Assembly: GCA_964016885.1 (NCBI GenBank)
Contig: OZ024740.1
Location: 45,694,001 to 45,758,000, forward strand
Direction of reading: 5' to 3'
Origin: Eledone cirrhosa
Taxonomy: Eukaryota
DNA length: 64,000 nucleotides
Part shown: in pieces, positions 1 through 13,754 of the stretch
Layout of the letters: each line of letters opens with the position of its first letter
Numbering within the stretch: position 1 is the stretch's first letter
Notes under the pieces: model-generated
Databases searched by the model: none
Told to the model about the DNA's origin: nothing
Seen by the model: the letters and a program-made list of their open reading frames with translations, nothing else
Program-made: the position numbers and the translations under genes

Positions 1-310
1 TGACATCCAGATACATACATTTACCTCCATCATATCCAGTGTTTCACATTCATCCATCAGCCATTCAATTGTCACACACACACACACGCGCGTACGCGCA
101 CGCGCACACACATATATTATTGAATAAAATGACAGGAGGGCGGACTGGTGAATTTCCTTTAATGTTTTATTCAATAATAATTAACTCCTTTCCCGCACCA
201 CCAACAGGATTCAACACCAAAGATGGATGAGTTAAGTGCTTTTCCTAATATTACATCATGGTTAACTATACGGAATGACAGGTTCTGTCCAGTGGTGCAC
301 CACCAAACTT

Positions 311-370
<60 letters not shown>

Positions 371-492
371 TCATGCAACAACCAGTCATTTGTCACGCAT
401 ATATATTGTCACGCACAATCACCCGTACAGACGTACGAAATTAATACAGCTGCGTAGTATAGACTTCCGAGATAAAAAAAAACAGATGCAAA

Positions 493-1330
493 TATCAGGT
501 TGGAACTTCTTTGGACAAGTGATATAGCTCTTTTCCTTTCAGATTATAAGAAAAGTATTCCCGAAAACACTTTCAATTCACCCCCATGTTTCATGCAAGC
601 AAAGAGCAATTTCATAGCGGAGTGAACGCAAGTGCAACAGCAGGAACTATCCAGAATATTTATAGTGCAGATGAAATATGGAAAAGAACATACAGCAGTT
701 TTCTCCTTCAGAAATGGGGATTTCAACCTAAAAGATGAGCCAAGATGGGGTCACGCAAATAGTTTAGATTTAGTGACATTTACTGTCTTTATAACTAGAG
801 ATCGCAGCAGATATTTCAGTGTTAGCCACACAACGGTCCTACGTGGATTGCGAAGACTTGGAAAAGTTTTAAAGGTTTGAAGTGTAGCCGTACTCACCAC
901 GCTTAGCTAATTGTGGGTTGAGGCTATTTAATCCATAACTGTGGTGGATGACCATTGAGTCTGAGGAGTTTATCTGCCCTTTAACAGTTCTTGATTTTTG
1001 TGCTGCTGGGGTTCCACTTACACTCCTCTTCAAACCAGGGTAAAGTTTAGTCACCTACCACTCGACCATGAAGCAGGTTGTATTACGTTCCGTGGTACCA
1101 GTAGCAGGCAGAATGATTAAATACGTCCCCCTAAAATCGATCGAGCAGAACTTTCATTCCGAATTGTTATATACAGAATCTCTATATTAACATCTGCTTG
1201 AATAATAAAAATTTAGATTTGTTATAAGAATATCAATTCTGGATAGATTTTGCCGAATTCATGATTAGCATTCATGCTAATTTTTACGCGATTTTTTAAA
1301 AAATTGCTTTTAATTAAGAAGCAATAAATG
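493..1330 (+). mobile_element. Degenerate mariner-type transposon remnant
   Basis: ORF 632-880 contains FRNGDFNLKDEPRWGH (mariner D-E-P-R-S-G-R-P-like HTH linker) and VSHTTVLRGLRRLGKV. A TIR-like TATCAGGTTGG lies at ~493. No intact DDD domain. Right boundary uncertain. Confidence 0.55.
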
Positions 1331-1496
1331 TTAACTGATTGTTAAAAATAGTGCCCGATGATGGTGTTAAATCGTTTTGTAGTTTTTCTAATGCGTGTGC
1401 AGTGGAGATACATGTCTGGGCAATTATAATTTTCTATAATTTAATAAATCTCACTGCATTTTTATTCCCAATGGATAAACTCTCTTTACACTCATA

Positions 1497-1817
1497 ATAA
1501 GGCAGCGAATTGGCAGAGTCATTAGAACGTCGGATAGACTGCTTCGTGGTATTTATTCCAGCTGTCTGTGCTCTGAGTTCAAATCACACCGTCTCAACTT
1601 TGCCTTTCACCCTTTGCAGGTCATTAAATATACTAATTGTTTCTACTTTTGGCAAAGGCTAGCAATTATCCCAGTGTATTACTGGTACTTTATTTTATCG
1701 ATCCCGTAAGAATGAAAGGCAAAGTTAATCTCGGTGGGATTTGAACTCAGACCAAAAAGGGCCGTAACTCTTTGCTGCAAAGCACGGCGTCCGACCCTCT
1801 ACCAATACTGCCAATCA
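1497..1817. mobile_element. Two tRNA-derived SINE copies (family A) in opposite orientation
   Basis: The + copy has A-box-like TGGCAGAGTCATTAG and B-box GAGTTCAAATC. It is followed by a reverse copy with the family body (ACTGGTACTTTATTTTATCGA...GATTTGAACTC). Confidence 0.75.
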
Positions 1818-2034
1818 GGTCATTACATATAATACCAATCAAATACTGGGGCCGATTCTCACATCCTCTCCTCTACTCTCGCTCCCTCCTCTTTCTCTTT
1901 TCCTCCCTATCTGTTTGTCTCCCTGTCTGGAAGAATGATGGGCCCCGCTAGGTTTAAATGTCCAAGACGTTCCATGTTTCACTACGACGCCCTCTACAAC
2001 CTAGTCAAGAGTTATGAGTCCATGACATGATACT

Positions 2035-2800
2035 CTAATGGATAAATGATTAATAATCATCAAGTCACGTGTTACTTGACAGACCCCATGCAATGTGAAT
2101 CCATGCAATGTGAACGAAGGATTTGTTTCTCAGCCTGAGCCTTCAGCAAATTCATTTCCAAAAACAACATCAACACAACAAGATGAACAAAATAAAAATA
2201 AGAGAAGTAAAATATAATGAAATGTTATTACTTACAGTTTCATCCCGACATAGTACGAGGCTGAATCGAGTTGACTGTGTGTTGAATGTGGAAAGGTTTT
2301 AAATGAAAGCTTCGCAAATACAACTAAACTGAAGCAACATTTACATACAGCACATTTAAATTTTGATAATTCCAAGCAAAGACTAGCTCAAAAGAAAGTG
2401 TTGAGAATTGAATCAAAAGCAAGCTGTTTTCTTCATTTATATATTAAAAAAATATCAAGCAGCTTAACTTGCTTCATGTCGTAATGGTTATCAAGTAGCA
2501 AAAGCAGGCGAATCACATACAATTGCTGTAAACTAAATGAAGCATTGCATAAAAAATGTGTTGGAATGTGAGGTAGATAAAAAAATATTTCAAAAATATT
2601 GATAACTTACCACTTTCTAATGGCATACTTTCAAGGCTTATTTATAAAAGGACAAATGTTTATGAAACTGAACTTATAAAACGGTTTGAAATGAGCTGAA
2701 CAGTTTCAGTTTCTCTTCAAGTGGATGAGTCAACATACATTGGTGGTTTAGTTGTTTTTATTCATGTTTGTTCGACATATTTATACAGGCACTTATTAAT
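2035..2800 (+). pseudogene. hAT (Buster/Charlie-like) transposase remnant with BED zinc finger
   Basis: Broken frames translate by eye to CVECGKVL, TKLKQHLHTAH (BED finger), VAKAGESHTI, PLSN and SLQVDEST, in the order seen in Buster/Charlie transposases. Many stops and frameshifts. Confidence 0.7.
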
Positions 2801-2934
2801 CTTTACCCATGCCTCAGGGAAAATTAATTAATTAATATATATGCTGATACTCAACAAACGTATGGAGTACTTTTTTTTAACTGTTCACCTCCCGACATAC
2901 ATCGGCAATCCACATATATATATATATATATATT

Positions 2935-5900
2935 CAGACAGAAGGACAAATACAAAGGGACCTGGATGTACCTACGTTCATGACATTGACATATTATTGA
3001 CTATGTGATTGTAAGACATAACAACTTGCAGGATGTTAGATCTATCTGTTGTATGAGAGGGGTAGAGTATTCGACGGACCACCGTCTCATAGCAACTCTC
3101 TGTGTTCGTGTCCGGAAGAAGATGAAGCATAGTGGTGTCAAAGTCCAGGGACGTATAAACTTCTCTAAACTGACCCACCCAGAAAACGAAAGAATTTTCA
3201 AGAAGCATTTCAGCAAATTGAACTCCCCAGCAGTGATGACGCATGTCAAACAGTTTTTTGAGGGAGAGAGTTATGCAAAGAAAAAAAAACATCAGGACTG
3301 GTTTACTGCAAATAAACCACTAGTGAAAGTCTTCTAAGGGAGAGGAAAACATGTCTAGACAAGTTTTTGTCATGCTCGAAGAAAGGAGCAGAAAAGTCTC
3401 AGCTGGAGAAGGCTTTGAAAGAATGTAATGCGTGCGTGCAGCGCAAAATCTTAGCAGCAAAATATTCATGGTGGCGTGATAATGCGGATCACATACAAGC
3501 CTCAGTAGAAAGACGAGATACTAAATCCTTATATCATGAACTGCGCAAAGTGTATGGCCCACCCACCAATCATTGCCCCACTGCGGTTAAAGAATAGAAA
3601 CTAAGTGCTGTTTAACGACCCACTAAGCCATGAATGTCTCGTTACTTCCGACGTGATTGAGGCCATGGAGCAGGCTCCCATCATTAACAAACTTGATGAT
3701 CCTCCCACATTGGAAGAGGTTAAGACTGCAGTGAGACAAATTAACACTGGCAAAACACATGAGAAGGATGGTATAGTGGGTGAAATAGTGCAACAAGGTG
3801 GTCCTAAAGTAAATGATCTGCTTCATAACATATACCACCAAATGTGGAAGTCGGACTCCGTCAAGGGTGCGTACTTTCACCTCTCCTTTTCATTATTTTC
3901 ATGAACAGGATTGACATCCGCAGCCGGGTTGGAACTGGTATCATAACTGGCGGGTGTAAAATAAATCAGCTGGAATTTGCAGACGACATTGTGTTACTTA
4001 ACTCAACAGAAGATGATCTCCGACTTGCACTTGATAGGTTTGATGCCGAGAGCTTCATAGCTGGAAGGAATTCAGTGCTGCGAAAACCAAGACTCTCATC
4101 CTCTCAAGGAAGCCGGCACAATGCACGCTACATGTAAATGGAGTTCCACTGAAGCAGGTGGAGAAGCTCACGTATTTTGAGGTCGTGTTCACGAGTGATG
4201 AGATGCAAACATTGCAGGAGATGGTGCAGTAATGTATCAACTTCAGCATTCGGTAGCCAAACTCGCTATCTTCAATTCGATATTCGAGTCAACGTTTACC
4301 TGTGGTCATGAATCATGGGTAATGACCGAAGGAATATGATCGCAAATACAAGTGGCCGAAATTAGGTTCCTCCAAAGGGTCTTTGGAGTAAGGTTACTCA
4401 ATAGATTGCGTTGCTCGGAGATCAGAGTGTCTCTCCAGGTCGAGCTTCTACTTCTCCGAATTGAGAGATCACAGCTCCGATACAATGTATATGTGGTTAG
4501 AATATCTCAGGAAAGAATCGCTGGACAGATTTTATGGGCAAAACCATCCGGCAGGTGACCCAGGGGTAGACCCTGAGCAAGATGGTTGGATAACATCGAT
4601 GAGCTTGGCTGGTGTCGCTTGGGGATGGAGCCGGATCAATTGGAGATGGTTGCCTCTGACAGGAACTGCTGGAGGGAGAGTTTGAGGACTCTTCTCCCAC
4701 GACCCTCTCGGGAAGAAGAAGAAGAAGAAGAAGAAGAAGAAGAAGAAGAAGAAGAAGAAGAAGAAGAAGAAGGAGAAGAAGAAGAAGAAGAAGAAGAAGA
4801 AGAAGAAGAAGAAGAAGAAAACTACCATAGGTTCTCTTTACTATCGGTTGTCGGTAAAATATTTGCCATGATTCTTCTTTATCGTCTGCTGATGCACGTT
4901 ACATCTAACATTCTGCCAGAATCTCAGTTTGATTTCCGTCCATATTGGGGCACTGCAGAAATTATCTTTACTGCGTGGCAGATGCAGGAGAAGTGTAAGG
5001 AGTAATAGCTTGATCTGTGCAATTGCTTTATTGATCTCACGAAGGCCTTCGACAGAGTCAATAGGCAAGCATTTTGGAGTATTCTCTGAAGCTGAGTTGC
5101 CCTGAGAAGTTTACAGGGCTTAGACTTTCATTGCATTATAATATGGGAGCGTGGGTTTGCGTCAATGGTGAGTTTCCAGAACTGTTCTCAGTTGAGTCAG
5201 GCATGAAACAGAGGGATCTGCTCGCTCCGACTTTGTTTTCCATTTTCTTTCAGTTGTTTTATTAAAAGCATTCATCAATACGAATGTTGGCATATATTTA
5301 CCTCATCGTACAACAGGAAGGCTCTTTAACATCCAAGGATTTCTTGCTGCATCAAAAACATATACTGCACTGATGTGTGATCTGCAGACAACTGTGATCT
5401 TGTTAGTCACACGGAAGATCAACTTCTGATGGATTGCTTCTCGGCAGAATATGATTAGTTTGGATTAACAACCAGCCTGAAAACAACAGTGGTAATGTAC
5501 CAGCATGCATCTGAAAGCTATATATTCCACCAGCCATATCTGTGAAAGGTAAAATCTTGAAAGTTGGGAATAAGTTTGTCCACCTAGGTAAGCTACTGGC
5601 TGTCTAAAGCATTCGATCTGAGTGTGCTTACAGCCTTGCTGTATGAATGTGAGACATGGACAACATATGCTGCGGGCATACCCAACACCTGTCTACCAAA
5701 CATTGAGATCATAGTCATGAATCAAAATCTCCAGTGTCCAGGCCTAGAGGATAGCAGACTTTCAAAATAAGTATTGCATAGAGAACCGTTGCAAGGCAAA
5801 TGTCTGCAGTGCAAGTCACACAAGCGTTTTAAAGACTGCCTGAAAGATACCCTGAAGAAGATGAACATCAACACCGAAACATCTTGCGACAGACAGAGAC

Positions 5901-6750
5901 CAGTGGCGAAATCTGATTGCTACTGGTGTTAAGGAATTTGAAAAGCAGCAGAGGGTCTCTGCTGAAGTGAAGCGATCAGCTAACTATTTGGGAGATGTTA
6001 GTCCGCCCCCCAGACGAGGTTTGAAAGAGTCTCTTACCCTTGAGGATGTATGTATGTCAGAAGGTGGGCTACTGAGCCATAGCCTACGTCATACTCATGG
6101 AAATAAGACCTTTGAGTGCACCTTACACCTTGATCTTGCATGAAGTGTCAGTACCAAATTGAATCACTTTGCAGGAGGGTGAACATGACACCATAAAGCA
6201 TGCCACAGCGAACAAACTCAAGCAGGCGAGAAATTGACCTGCACACTGTGTAATATGACATGGAGGCCCCTTTCTATTTTGATGAGCCATCTAAAGCAGC
6301 GTCAATGACAGCAACATCAATAACGCGTTTATATCCGTTTCTTATTTTTTCGAAGTGGTAGAACTCGGACAAGAGTTGGTTTCCACTAACACAACTCAAC
6401 AAATACCTGGCGAAACAACGTGCATGATATGCAATAAAGTGTGTAGAACTAGTTCCGGACTAAAAAAAAAAACACATGGTGGTGCATAAAGATTGTGTCC
6501 CACAGGGTGAACCCACCGGTCCCGTGGAAAGCTTAACTCTCTTCTGTCACATGTGTCGTAAACCATACAGATCTACAGCTGGCCTACAAAGTCATCTACG
6601 AAGTTATGGACGCGGATCGGATAACAATGAAGAATCAATAAGAGACGGCAATCATCTGTGAAGACGCCGCAATCCTCATTTATGTATGTATGTATGTATG
6701 TATGTATGTATGTATGTATGTATGTATGTATGTATGTATGTATGTATGTA
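2935..6750 (+). mobile_element. Degenerate RTE-clade LINE (related to the intact copy at 25227) interrupted by a nested LINE; (TATG)n tail
   Basis: Fragments collinear with the 25227 protein: KYKGTWM, DYVIV, TDHRL, KHQDWF, LRKVYGP, PPTLEEV, then after the insert SLLSVVGKI..LPESQ, GMKQRDLLAP, and the C-terminal C2H2-like CHMCRKPYRSTAGLQSHLR. (TATG)n at 6681-6750. Confidence 0.85.
3845..4818 (+). mobile_element. Nested 5'-truncated LINE of a second RTE-type lineage (Expander/Rex3-like) with (GAA)n tail
   Basis: GLRQGCVLSPLLFIIFMNRI and LEFADDIVLL (RT), AEIRFLQRV...IERSQLRY (3' domain). Ends in (GAA)n at ~4711-4818, after which the host RTE RT resumes. Confidence 0.8.
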
Positions 6751-7511
6751 TCGTATCATATTGTATTAGTCGGACAACACACGAGTACAACGCATGCGTA
6801 CTCATCTGTGAAAACAACACTGAGAGTAGGCAAAGAACCTCTGAGCAGGTACATTGAAAGTACTACTGTCCGTGTAACTCAAAGGTAACTAAACTAATCT
6901 TTTTTAACAGAAACTTTGAGGAGAAACGCTTATCATACCAGTAAAAGAAAATCTACAAAATCAAGCGGCGATATTTTTTCAAATGAGCCGCAATATATAA
7001 TGCAACTCTTGTCGGTCATAGTAAAATATAATAGAAAATGTTGAGAATATTAGTACCACTGATCGGAGAGTTGAAGGTACTACTAATATTGATCAGGAAG
7101 TTGAGGATATCAGCAGTATTGATCGAAGATTTTAGGATATCGATAAAATTAATCGGAAAGTAACGATATCAGTAATATTGATTGGCGATTTGAGTATATC
7201 AGTAACACTGACCTGAAGTGTAGCCTGGTCAATGGTGATATGGTAGATATACCACTCTAGATATGGTAGATATACCACTCTAGTACTTAGGATATGTCTT
7301 CGCTGGTCAGATACAGGTAATAGTCACTACATTGCTGATTAATTATAGAGATAAAGGTACCCTTACAGGTAATCAGGTCCAGGTAATAGTTTCTACATAC
7401 CTAAGAGATAAAGGTACCCATGAAACTAGCCAGCTACAGGTAATAATCACTACATAGCTGAGAGATAAGGGTACCCGTGCAGCTAGTCAGCTACAGGTAA
7501 TAGTAACTACA

Positions 7512-7754
7512 GTGAAGGCGCATGGCTTAGTGGTTAGAGCATTGGGCTTGCAATCGAAAGGTTGTGAGTTCAATTCTCGGCCTGGGTGATGTGTTGTTTC
7601 CTTGAGCAAGACACTTTATTTCACGTTGCTCCAGTTTACTCAGCTGTAGAAATGAGATGATAGGATTGGGGGTCCCTATCATTAAATTACCCAAGATACC
7701 TCCAACGAGATATACCTTGGAGGAGGCCAGCTAAACCTGAATAGGTGTGAGCTG

Positions 7755-7812
<58 letters not shown>
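7512..7812 (+). mobile_element. tRNA-derived SINE (family B, CORE-like body) with (CA)n tail and 11-bp TSD
   Basis: A box TGGCTTAGTGG, B box GAGTTCAATTC, body TCCTTGAGCAAGACACTTTATTTCAC, (CA)n tail. Flanked by AATAGTAACTA at 7499-7509 and 7813-7823. Confidence 0.85.
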
Positions 7813-7815
<3 letters not shown>

Positions 7816-7979
7816 AGTAACTATATAACTGAGAGATAAAAGAGAAGAGGGTACCCTGGAAATGTGTACGATATGATAGAAAATGTTGATTGTGCCATAG
7901 CTTTGAAGAAAGTGTAGACATCAGTAGCATCAACAGCAGCAACTTATGATGTCTATAGTACTTCCTTCATCTGAGACAT

Positions 7980-8500
7980 CAGCTACTACTACTACTACTA
8001 CTACTACTGTTACTACTACTGTTACTACTACTGCAGTAGCAGTAGCAGCAACAACAACATTTACATCAACAGAAACAACAATAACAACAGTGACTACTAC
8101 TACTACTACTACTACAGCAGTAGCAGCAACAACAACAACAGCAGTAGTAGCAGCAACAACATTTGCATCAATAACAACAGAAGCAACAATAACAACAGTG
8201 ACTACTACTACTGCTACTACTACTACTACTGCAGTAGCAGCAACAACAATAACAGCAGTAGTAGCAGCAACAACATTTACATCAATAACAACAGAAGCAA
8301 CAATAACAACAGTGACTACTACTACTGCTACTACTACTGCCACAACAACAACAACATCAACAACAACAATAACAACAACAGCAGTAGCAACAACGCCAAC
8401 AACAACAACCACAACAACAATAATAGCAACAGCGACATCAACAACAGCGACAATAACAACAACTATTACTACTACTGCTACCACAACAACAACAACACCA
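7980..8500. repeat. Compound (ACT)n/(ACA)n/(GCA)n trinucleotide tract with internal duplication
   Basis: Visible trinucleotide runs. The block ...ACAGAAGCAACAATAACAACAGTGACTACT... recurs. Confidence 0.85.
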
Positions 8501-9289
8501 GCCACATTCAGTTTACCTTCAGTAGATTTGGTCTCATTTGATACCATCTTGGAGAAATACTTCAAAATGGTGTTCATTATCCGCAAGAAAATTAACCGGA
8601 TGACAATATCTAATAAATAAACAAACAAACAAAGAAACAAATAGATAAATAAATAAATAAACAAACAAATAAATAAACAAACAAATGAATAAACAAATAA
8701 ATAAAGAATTAAATAAGGTTACTTGAATGATGACGGTGAAAGACGATCGATATAATCTCAGATCTCATTCGCTTACCGAGATGGGACTCGTCAAATTGAA
8801 CGAAGGAAACAATGTTTTTATTAGTCTTTCTATTGCTACCTACTTGTCGCAACTCCTGGAAGAAAGAGCAACGTGAAATAAAGTGTCTTGCTGAAGGACA
8901 TAACGCATCGCCCTGTCCGGGAATCGAACTCGCAACCTCACGATTGTAAATCCAATTCTCTGACCACTAAGCCACGCGCCTTCACATTTTACTTAGAAGC
9001 AGTAAAAAACCCACTAAATTTTGTAAATAAGATTTGTTGATATACAGAGCTTTGGAAAATTTCAAATAATAGGTGAACAAATCAACTGAAGTATCCCTAG
9101 AGACAGCATCTGTGTCCATCTTTTTCCATCTCCAGAGGTACTTTATCCGATGTATTCAACTACTATTATAGTTATCTGCACTGTGGAAACTTTCTTTTCA
9201 AACTAAATTCTCTATTTACTGGGTTAATGAAAATATATAATTTATATATATAATAAAGATTTTGAATGAATTGACTGATTGCATCTATT

Positions 9290-9600
9290 GGCCAAACCAG
9301 ACTCCACCCCCTCGCCAAACCAGGACCTCTGGAGGCAGGAAGAACTAAACTAGGATCTATGGTGGCAGGGACAACTAAACCTGGACTCATGGTGGCGGGG
9401 GTCAACTAAATCTGACACCTTGATGGCCGGGATAACTAAACCAGGAGCCCTAGTGGTGGGGATAACTCAGCCACGCCCCACTGGTGGTGGAGGCTTCTAT
9501 ACCAAGACCCTCCTGTGGCGAGGATAACTAAACTAGGACTCCGGGTGGCTGGAACAATTAAACCAAACCCCTTGTGGCAGGGCAACTTAACCAGGATTAC
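9290..9600. repeat. Degenerate ~31-bp minisatellite (GGTGGCAGGGATAACTAAACCAGGAC...), about 9-10 units
   Basis: Recurrent GTGGC...AACTAAAC..GGAC motif. Confidence 0.75.
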
Positions 9601-10344
9601 GGGTAACATAGGTTAAAATATTTCAGTTTCATCAAGTAACATGTTGGAGAAATGTCTCTACAATAGACCCTGTTCGACCTGATCATTGTTTAGTGAAACT
9701 GAATTGATGGAAAGTACATGGAAGCTCGTCAGACGGATTGCACGTGTAATTAAAAGGTCAGACCTTGTCACATATTGAGTAATACTGATTCTGCTTGAGA
9801 ATTACATTAAAAGCACTTGGCCGAATGTTCATCTTCGAAATCGACGGAAGGCATCAACTGAGAAAGTAAAGTGAATTAATTTCAACAGGGAACGAAAACC
9901 AGTATGTGACACAAGAGGAGCTTACCTGGTGTTTCGCGGTACTCGCCGTAGCCACACAAAGTTGATACTTCATTCTCATAACTGGCAGTTTATTTGATTC
10001 ATTCCTGTTCATAAACGAACCCTTGAAAATAATAAACCACACGTAAATTTAGGTGATTATCTAAAGTAGAAACATTAAAAAGGATTCACGGTATATCACA
10101 GGTAAAATTAGGCAGAAACACTAAAAATGATTTACAAAGCGGCCTAAATGGGTTTACCCCGAAGGGTCTTTCGAGTAACGTTATTCGAGATTAGACAGTC
10201 TCTTCAGGTAGAGCCGCTACTTTTATGAATTGAGAGATCACAGCTCCGATATTAAATATATGTGGTTAGAATGTCTTGGACAGATTTACGGGTAAAAAGC
10301 AGCTCGCAGGAGCTCAGGGGTAGAATCCGAGCAAGACTGATTTT

Positions 10345-10720
10345 GAGTGGCCACACATAACCCTGATTTAAACCCACCCGATTTCTTTCTTTGGAGCTAT
10401 CTGAAAGATAGGATATATATCAACAAACCCAGGACCGTCACTGAACTAAAAGGAAGGAGATCAAAGCCAACCCTAGGCCTGTTTGTAAAGACGTTATGGT
10501 AAACTTCACCATGCACCTAAAGAAATGTATGGATTCAAATGGGGATCACTTGGAATATGTACTGTAGATCTAGACGGAAACATCAGAAGATAATGAACTG
10601 TTTATATGTTGTTTATAATGATTTGAACTAAATATAGGCAGAGTTTCTTCGGTTTTATAAAAAGAATGAATAATGTAGACAAAAATACAAATGAGTCCAG
10701 GAGTTTTTAGTCACCCTGTA
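10345..10720 (+). mobile_element. 3' remnant of a Tc1/mariner-superfamily transposon with right TIR
   Basis: Translates to PDLNPPDFFLWSYLKDRIY.NKP (third catalytic D motif). Ends TTTTTAGTCACCCTG|TA, i.e. a CAGGGTG-type TIR plus TA. Confidence 0.75.
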
Positions 10721-10724
10721 TATG

Positions 10725-10808
<84 letters not shown>

Positions 10809-11364
10809 ATTATAGACGTGAGGACAGAATGGACAAAATATACCTATTTTTTCTTCAAAGTGCCGACTGGTTTGCAGCTATCGAGCACCAGAAAAGTGCA
10901 ACAGGGTTGTGAGGCTACCGGCTTTTCAAGAGACCCCCTCAAATGAATGGACTACTTCTTGAACTGACCGTTACAAGTGAATAATTCTCAGGAGTGAGAA
11001 ATTATCACGTGATAGAACGGTCACAGAAGTGAGGTAAAGGCTGGACGTTCGGTAACACATTTGCTACAAAAAGCAGCTTGCAATCCGCCTATTTTACTCG
11101 ACCATAAAGGAGTTGGGACAAAATAGTAATGAGATACATACACAGATACACAAGTACAAATATATGTGTGTGATGTTCCGCTTTGACCAGTTTTGTTCAA
11201 TGACTGTATCATTGAGTAAGTGGCTGAGCATTCCACCGACACCTGTACTCTTAACGCAATTCACAGAGAAATTCAGCATCACATAGTATGTGACAAAGCA
11301 GGCCTTTTTAACTACAGGTACAGTTCATCTTGTATCATTGTGAAGTGGCTGAGTATTGCACAGA

Positions 11365-11367
<3 letters not shown>

Positions 11368-11417
<50 letters not shown>

Positions 11418-11659
11418 CAGCTCACACCTATGCAGGTTTAGCTGGCCTCCTCGAAGGTATATCTCGTTGGAGGTATCTTGGGTAATTTAATGATATGGAC
11501 CCCAGTCCTATCATCTCATTTTTACAGCTGAGTAAACTGGAGCAACGTGAAATAAAGTGTCTTGCTCAAGGAAACAACACATCACCCAGTCTGAGAATTG
11601 AACTCACAACCTTTCGATTGCAAGGCCAATGCTCTAACCACTAAACCATGCGCCTTCAC
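11368..11659 (-). mobile_element. tRNA-derived SINE (family B), near-identical inverted partner of 7512-7812
   Basis: Reverse complement matches 7512-7812 along its length, including the (CA)n tail. Confidence 0.85.
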
Positions 11660-12454
11660 CTGTACCCTCAATGTGATTCTCAGGTAGACTAAACTTGGCA
11701 CAGTATGTGACGAAGCAACCCCCTTTGAAACTACAGGTAGAGTCTTCTCTACGGACCTCCACACAGTTGACATCTATCAAATTTCAGTCATAAAATTTGG
11801 ATCGATTCGAGGCACAACATGCCTTGCAGTGGGATCGAATCCGGGACTTTATATATGGGAAGCGAACTTCTAATGTTTTCAACAGTTAACTTTGTAGGTG
11901 AGATCCACTCACATTTGTATCGTCTTTATTTCCCAAAGCTTTAAATTAGTTGCTTTTATTTAAATTATCACACAGGCTTGTAGTTTTCATATTTTAAACA
12001 CATCAAGTGGATTTTGTTTCTTTTAACTGGTTAAATAACCTCTTTTGAATTTTCTGTGAATTATATATGAAGGGGATATTTGGCAAAGTCGTTAGAGCAT
12101 CGAACGAAAGAATTGCTGTATATGTTCCAACTGACAGCGCTCTCAGTTTAGTTTTCAGGGTCGATAAAATAATGTACCTGTCGGGCGGGGAGGGGGCATT
12201 ATCAACTTCCTGTAAGATGTATTTCTCTCAGTCCGCCTTCAACTCATCTAAGCCGGATGTTCTTTGGCCGTTCAGGTTATTGTTTCCCAGGCGGTGTCCA
12301 TAATTTAGTATCCACCTTTTGGTATTTTGTCTAGGTTCATTCTGAGGGTGAGGCCCAGTTATCTAAGTTGTAGATATTTTATTTGAAAGACCACACTATT
12401 ACAACCAGTTTTGTAACATAACTTAGTATTTTTGTATTCGTGAGTTTTATATCG

Positions 12455-12838
12455 AATAATAATTGTTTCTACTTTTGGCACAAGGACAGCAATTACCCCA
12501 GTGTATTACTGGTACTTTGTTTTATCAACCCCGTAAGGATGAAAGGCAAAGTTAACCTCGGCGGGATTTGAACTCAGATCATAAAGGGCCGTAACTCTAT
12601 GCTGCAAAGCATGGCGCCCGACCCTCTACCGATACTGCCAATACACCGCTCGAATAATAATTGTTTCTACTTTTGACACAAGGCCAGCAATTACCCAGTG
12701 CATTATTGGTACTTTATTTTATCGATCCCGTAAGGATGAAAGGTAAAGTTAACCTCGACGGGATTTGAACTCAAACCGTAAATGGACGTAACTATGCTAG
12801 AAAGCATGGCGTCCGACCCTCTACCGATACTGCCAATT
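12455..12838 (-). mobile_element. Tandem pair of family A SINEs
   Basis: Two consecutive ~190-bp copies, each AATAATTGTTTCTACTTTTG...GATTTGAACTC...CTCTACCGATACTGCCAAT. Confidence 0.85.
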
Positions 12839-13359
12839 CACAATGTTCTATTCGTTTGCAAGTAAACAGTCTCATCATGCCATGTGTTTTAGATGACCAT
12901 CACCATCCTTTTCATTCTCTCTGTCACCGCTAGAACAAAAGGATGACGATGGTCATCTAAAACACATTCCGCAATGAAGCTGTTTGCTTGCAAACAAATC
13001 CAATATTATTATTATTCAATATAAAACTCACGATTACATTTACGTATCAGCTATGTTAGAGCGAAAACCAAATTATAATTTGGTTTTTAATTTTCGGCAA
13101 AGCCAGCTGTAAAATCGCTCGGTATGCAATTTAGGCTAATCAGCCGATGTAAACTTTAAAGACTACTATATATTCTAAAGACTTCTAGTGAGCGACAGAA
13201 GAGAGATACACAATCTTGACAAAGGGCAATAACCTAGACACTATTATTGTCGATTGTTTCTCTGTCACCGCTAGAACAAAGGATGGCGATGGTCATCTAA
13301 AAACATAGCGTAATTAGGCTGTCTGCTTGCAAACGAATAGAATATTATTGATTGGCTAG

Positions 13360-13558
13360 AGCGGTGGATTGGCAGAATCGGTAGAGGGTCGGACGCCATG
13401 CTTTGCAGCATAGAGTTACGGCTATTTACGGTTTGAGTTCAAATCCCACCGAAGGTAACTTTACCTTCCATCCTTACATAGTCGATAAAATAAAGCACCA
13501 GTAATGTACTGGATAATTGCTGGCCTTTGGCCAAAAATAGAAACAATTATTATTATTA
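13360..13558 (+). mobile_element. Family A tRNA-derived SINE (representative copy; others at ~16160, 17645, 20860, 32630, 38845, 54050, 57040, 60825)
   Basis: TGGCAGAATCGGTAGAG A box, GAGTTCAAATCCC B box, GTCGATAAAATAAAG body, (ATT)n tail. Confidence 0.85.
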
Positions 13559-13723
13559 TCTCCTTATCTGTTAGAACACCAAAAGTGTGAAACAACAGAA
13601 TGTTCACTTTTCGTGTTCTATAACTAACATATATGCCTAACTCCTTCATAAATTTTTCGGGGATAGCCGTGGTGGTGGTGATCGTATGTCATTGGCTAAT
13701 TTTCAACCAATCAGAGTAAGTGT

Positions 13724-13754
<31 letters not shown>

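Noticed and set aside
4586-5005. Poly-Glu protein
   Set aside because: It is the (GAA)n tail of a nested LINE read through into the host LINE RT frame.
7512-7590. tRNA genes at A/B-box sequences
   Set aside because: The boxes continue into SINE bodies and tails in many copies. No complete cloverleaf seen.
7946-8620. Thr-rich mucin-like ORF and its Val-rich antisense ORF
   Set aside because: Explained by ACT/ACA/GCA trinucleotide runs that lack stops. No signal peptide, domain or convincing splice context. A mucin exon cannot be totally excluded.
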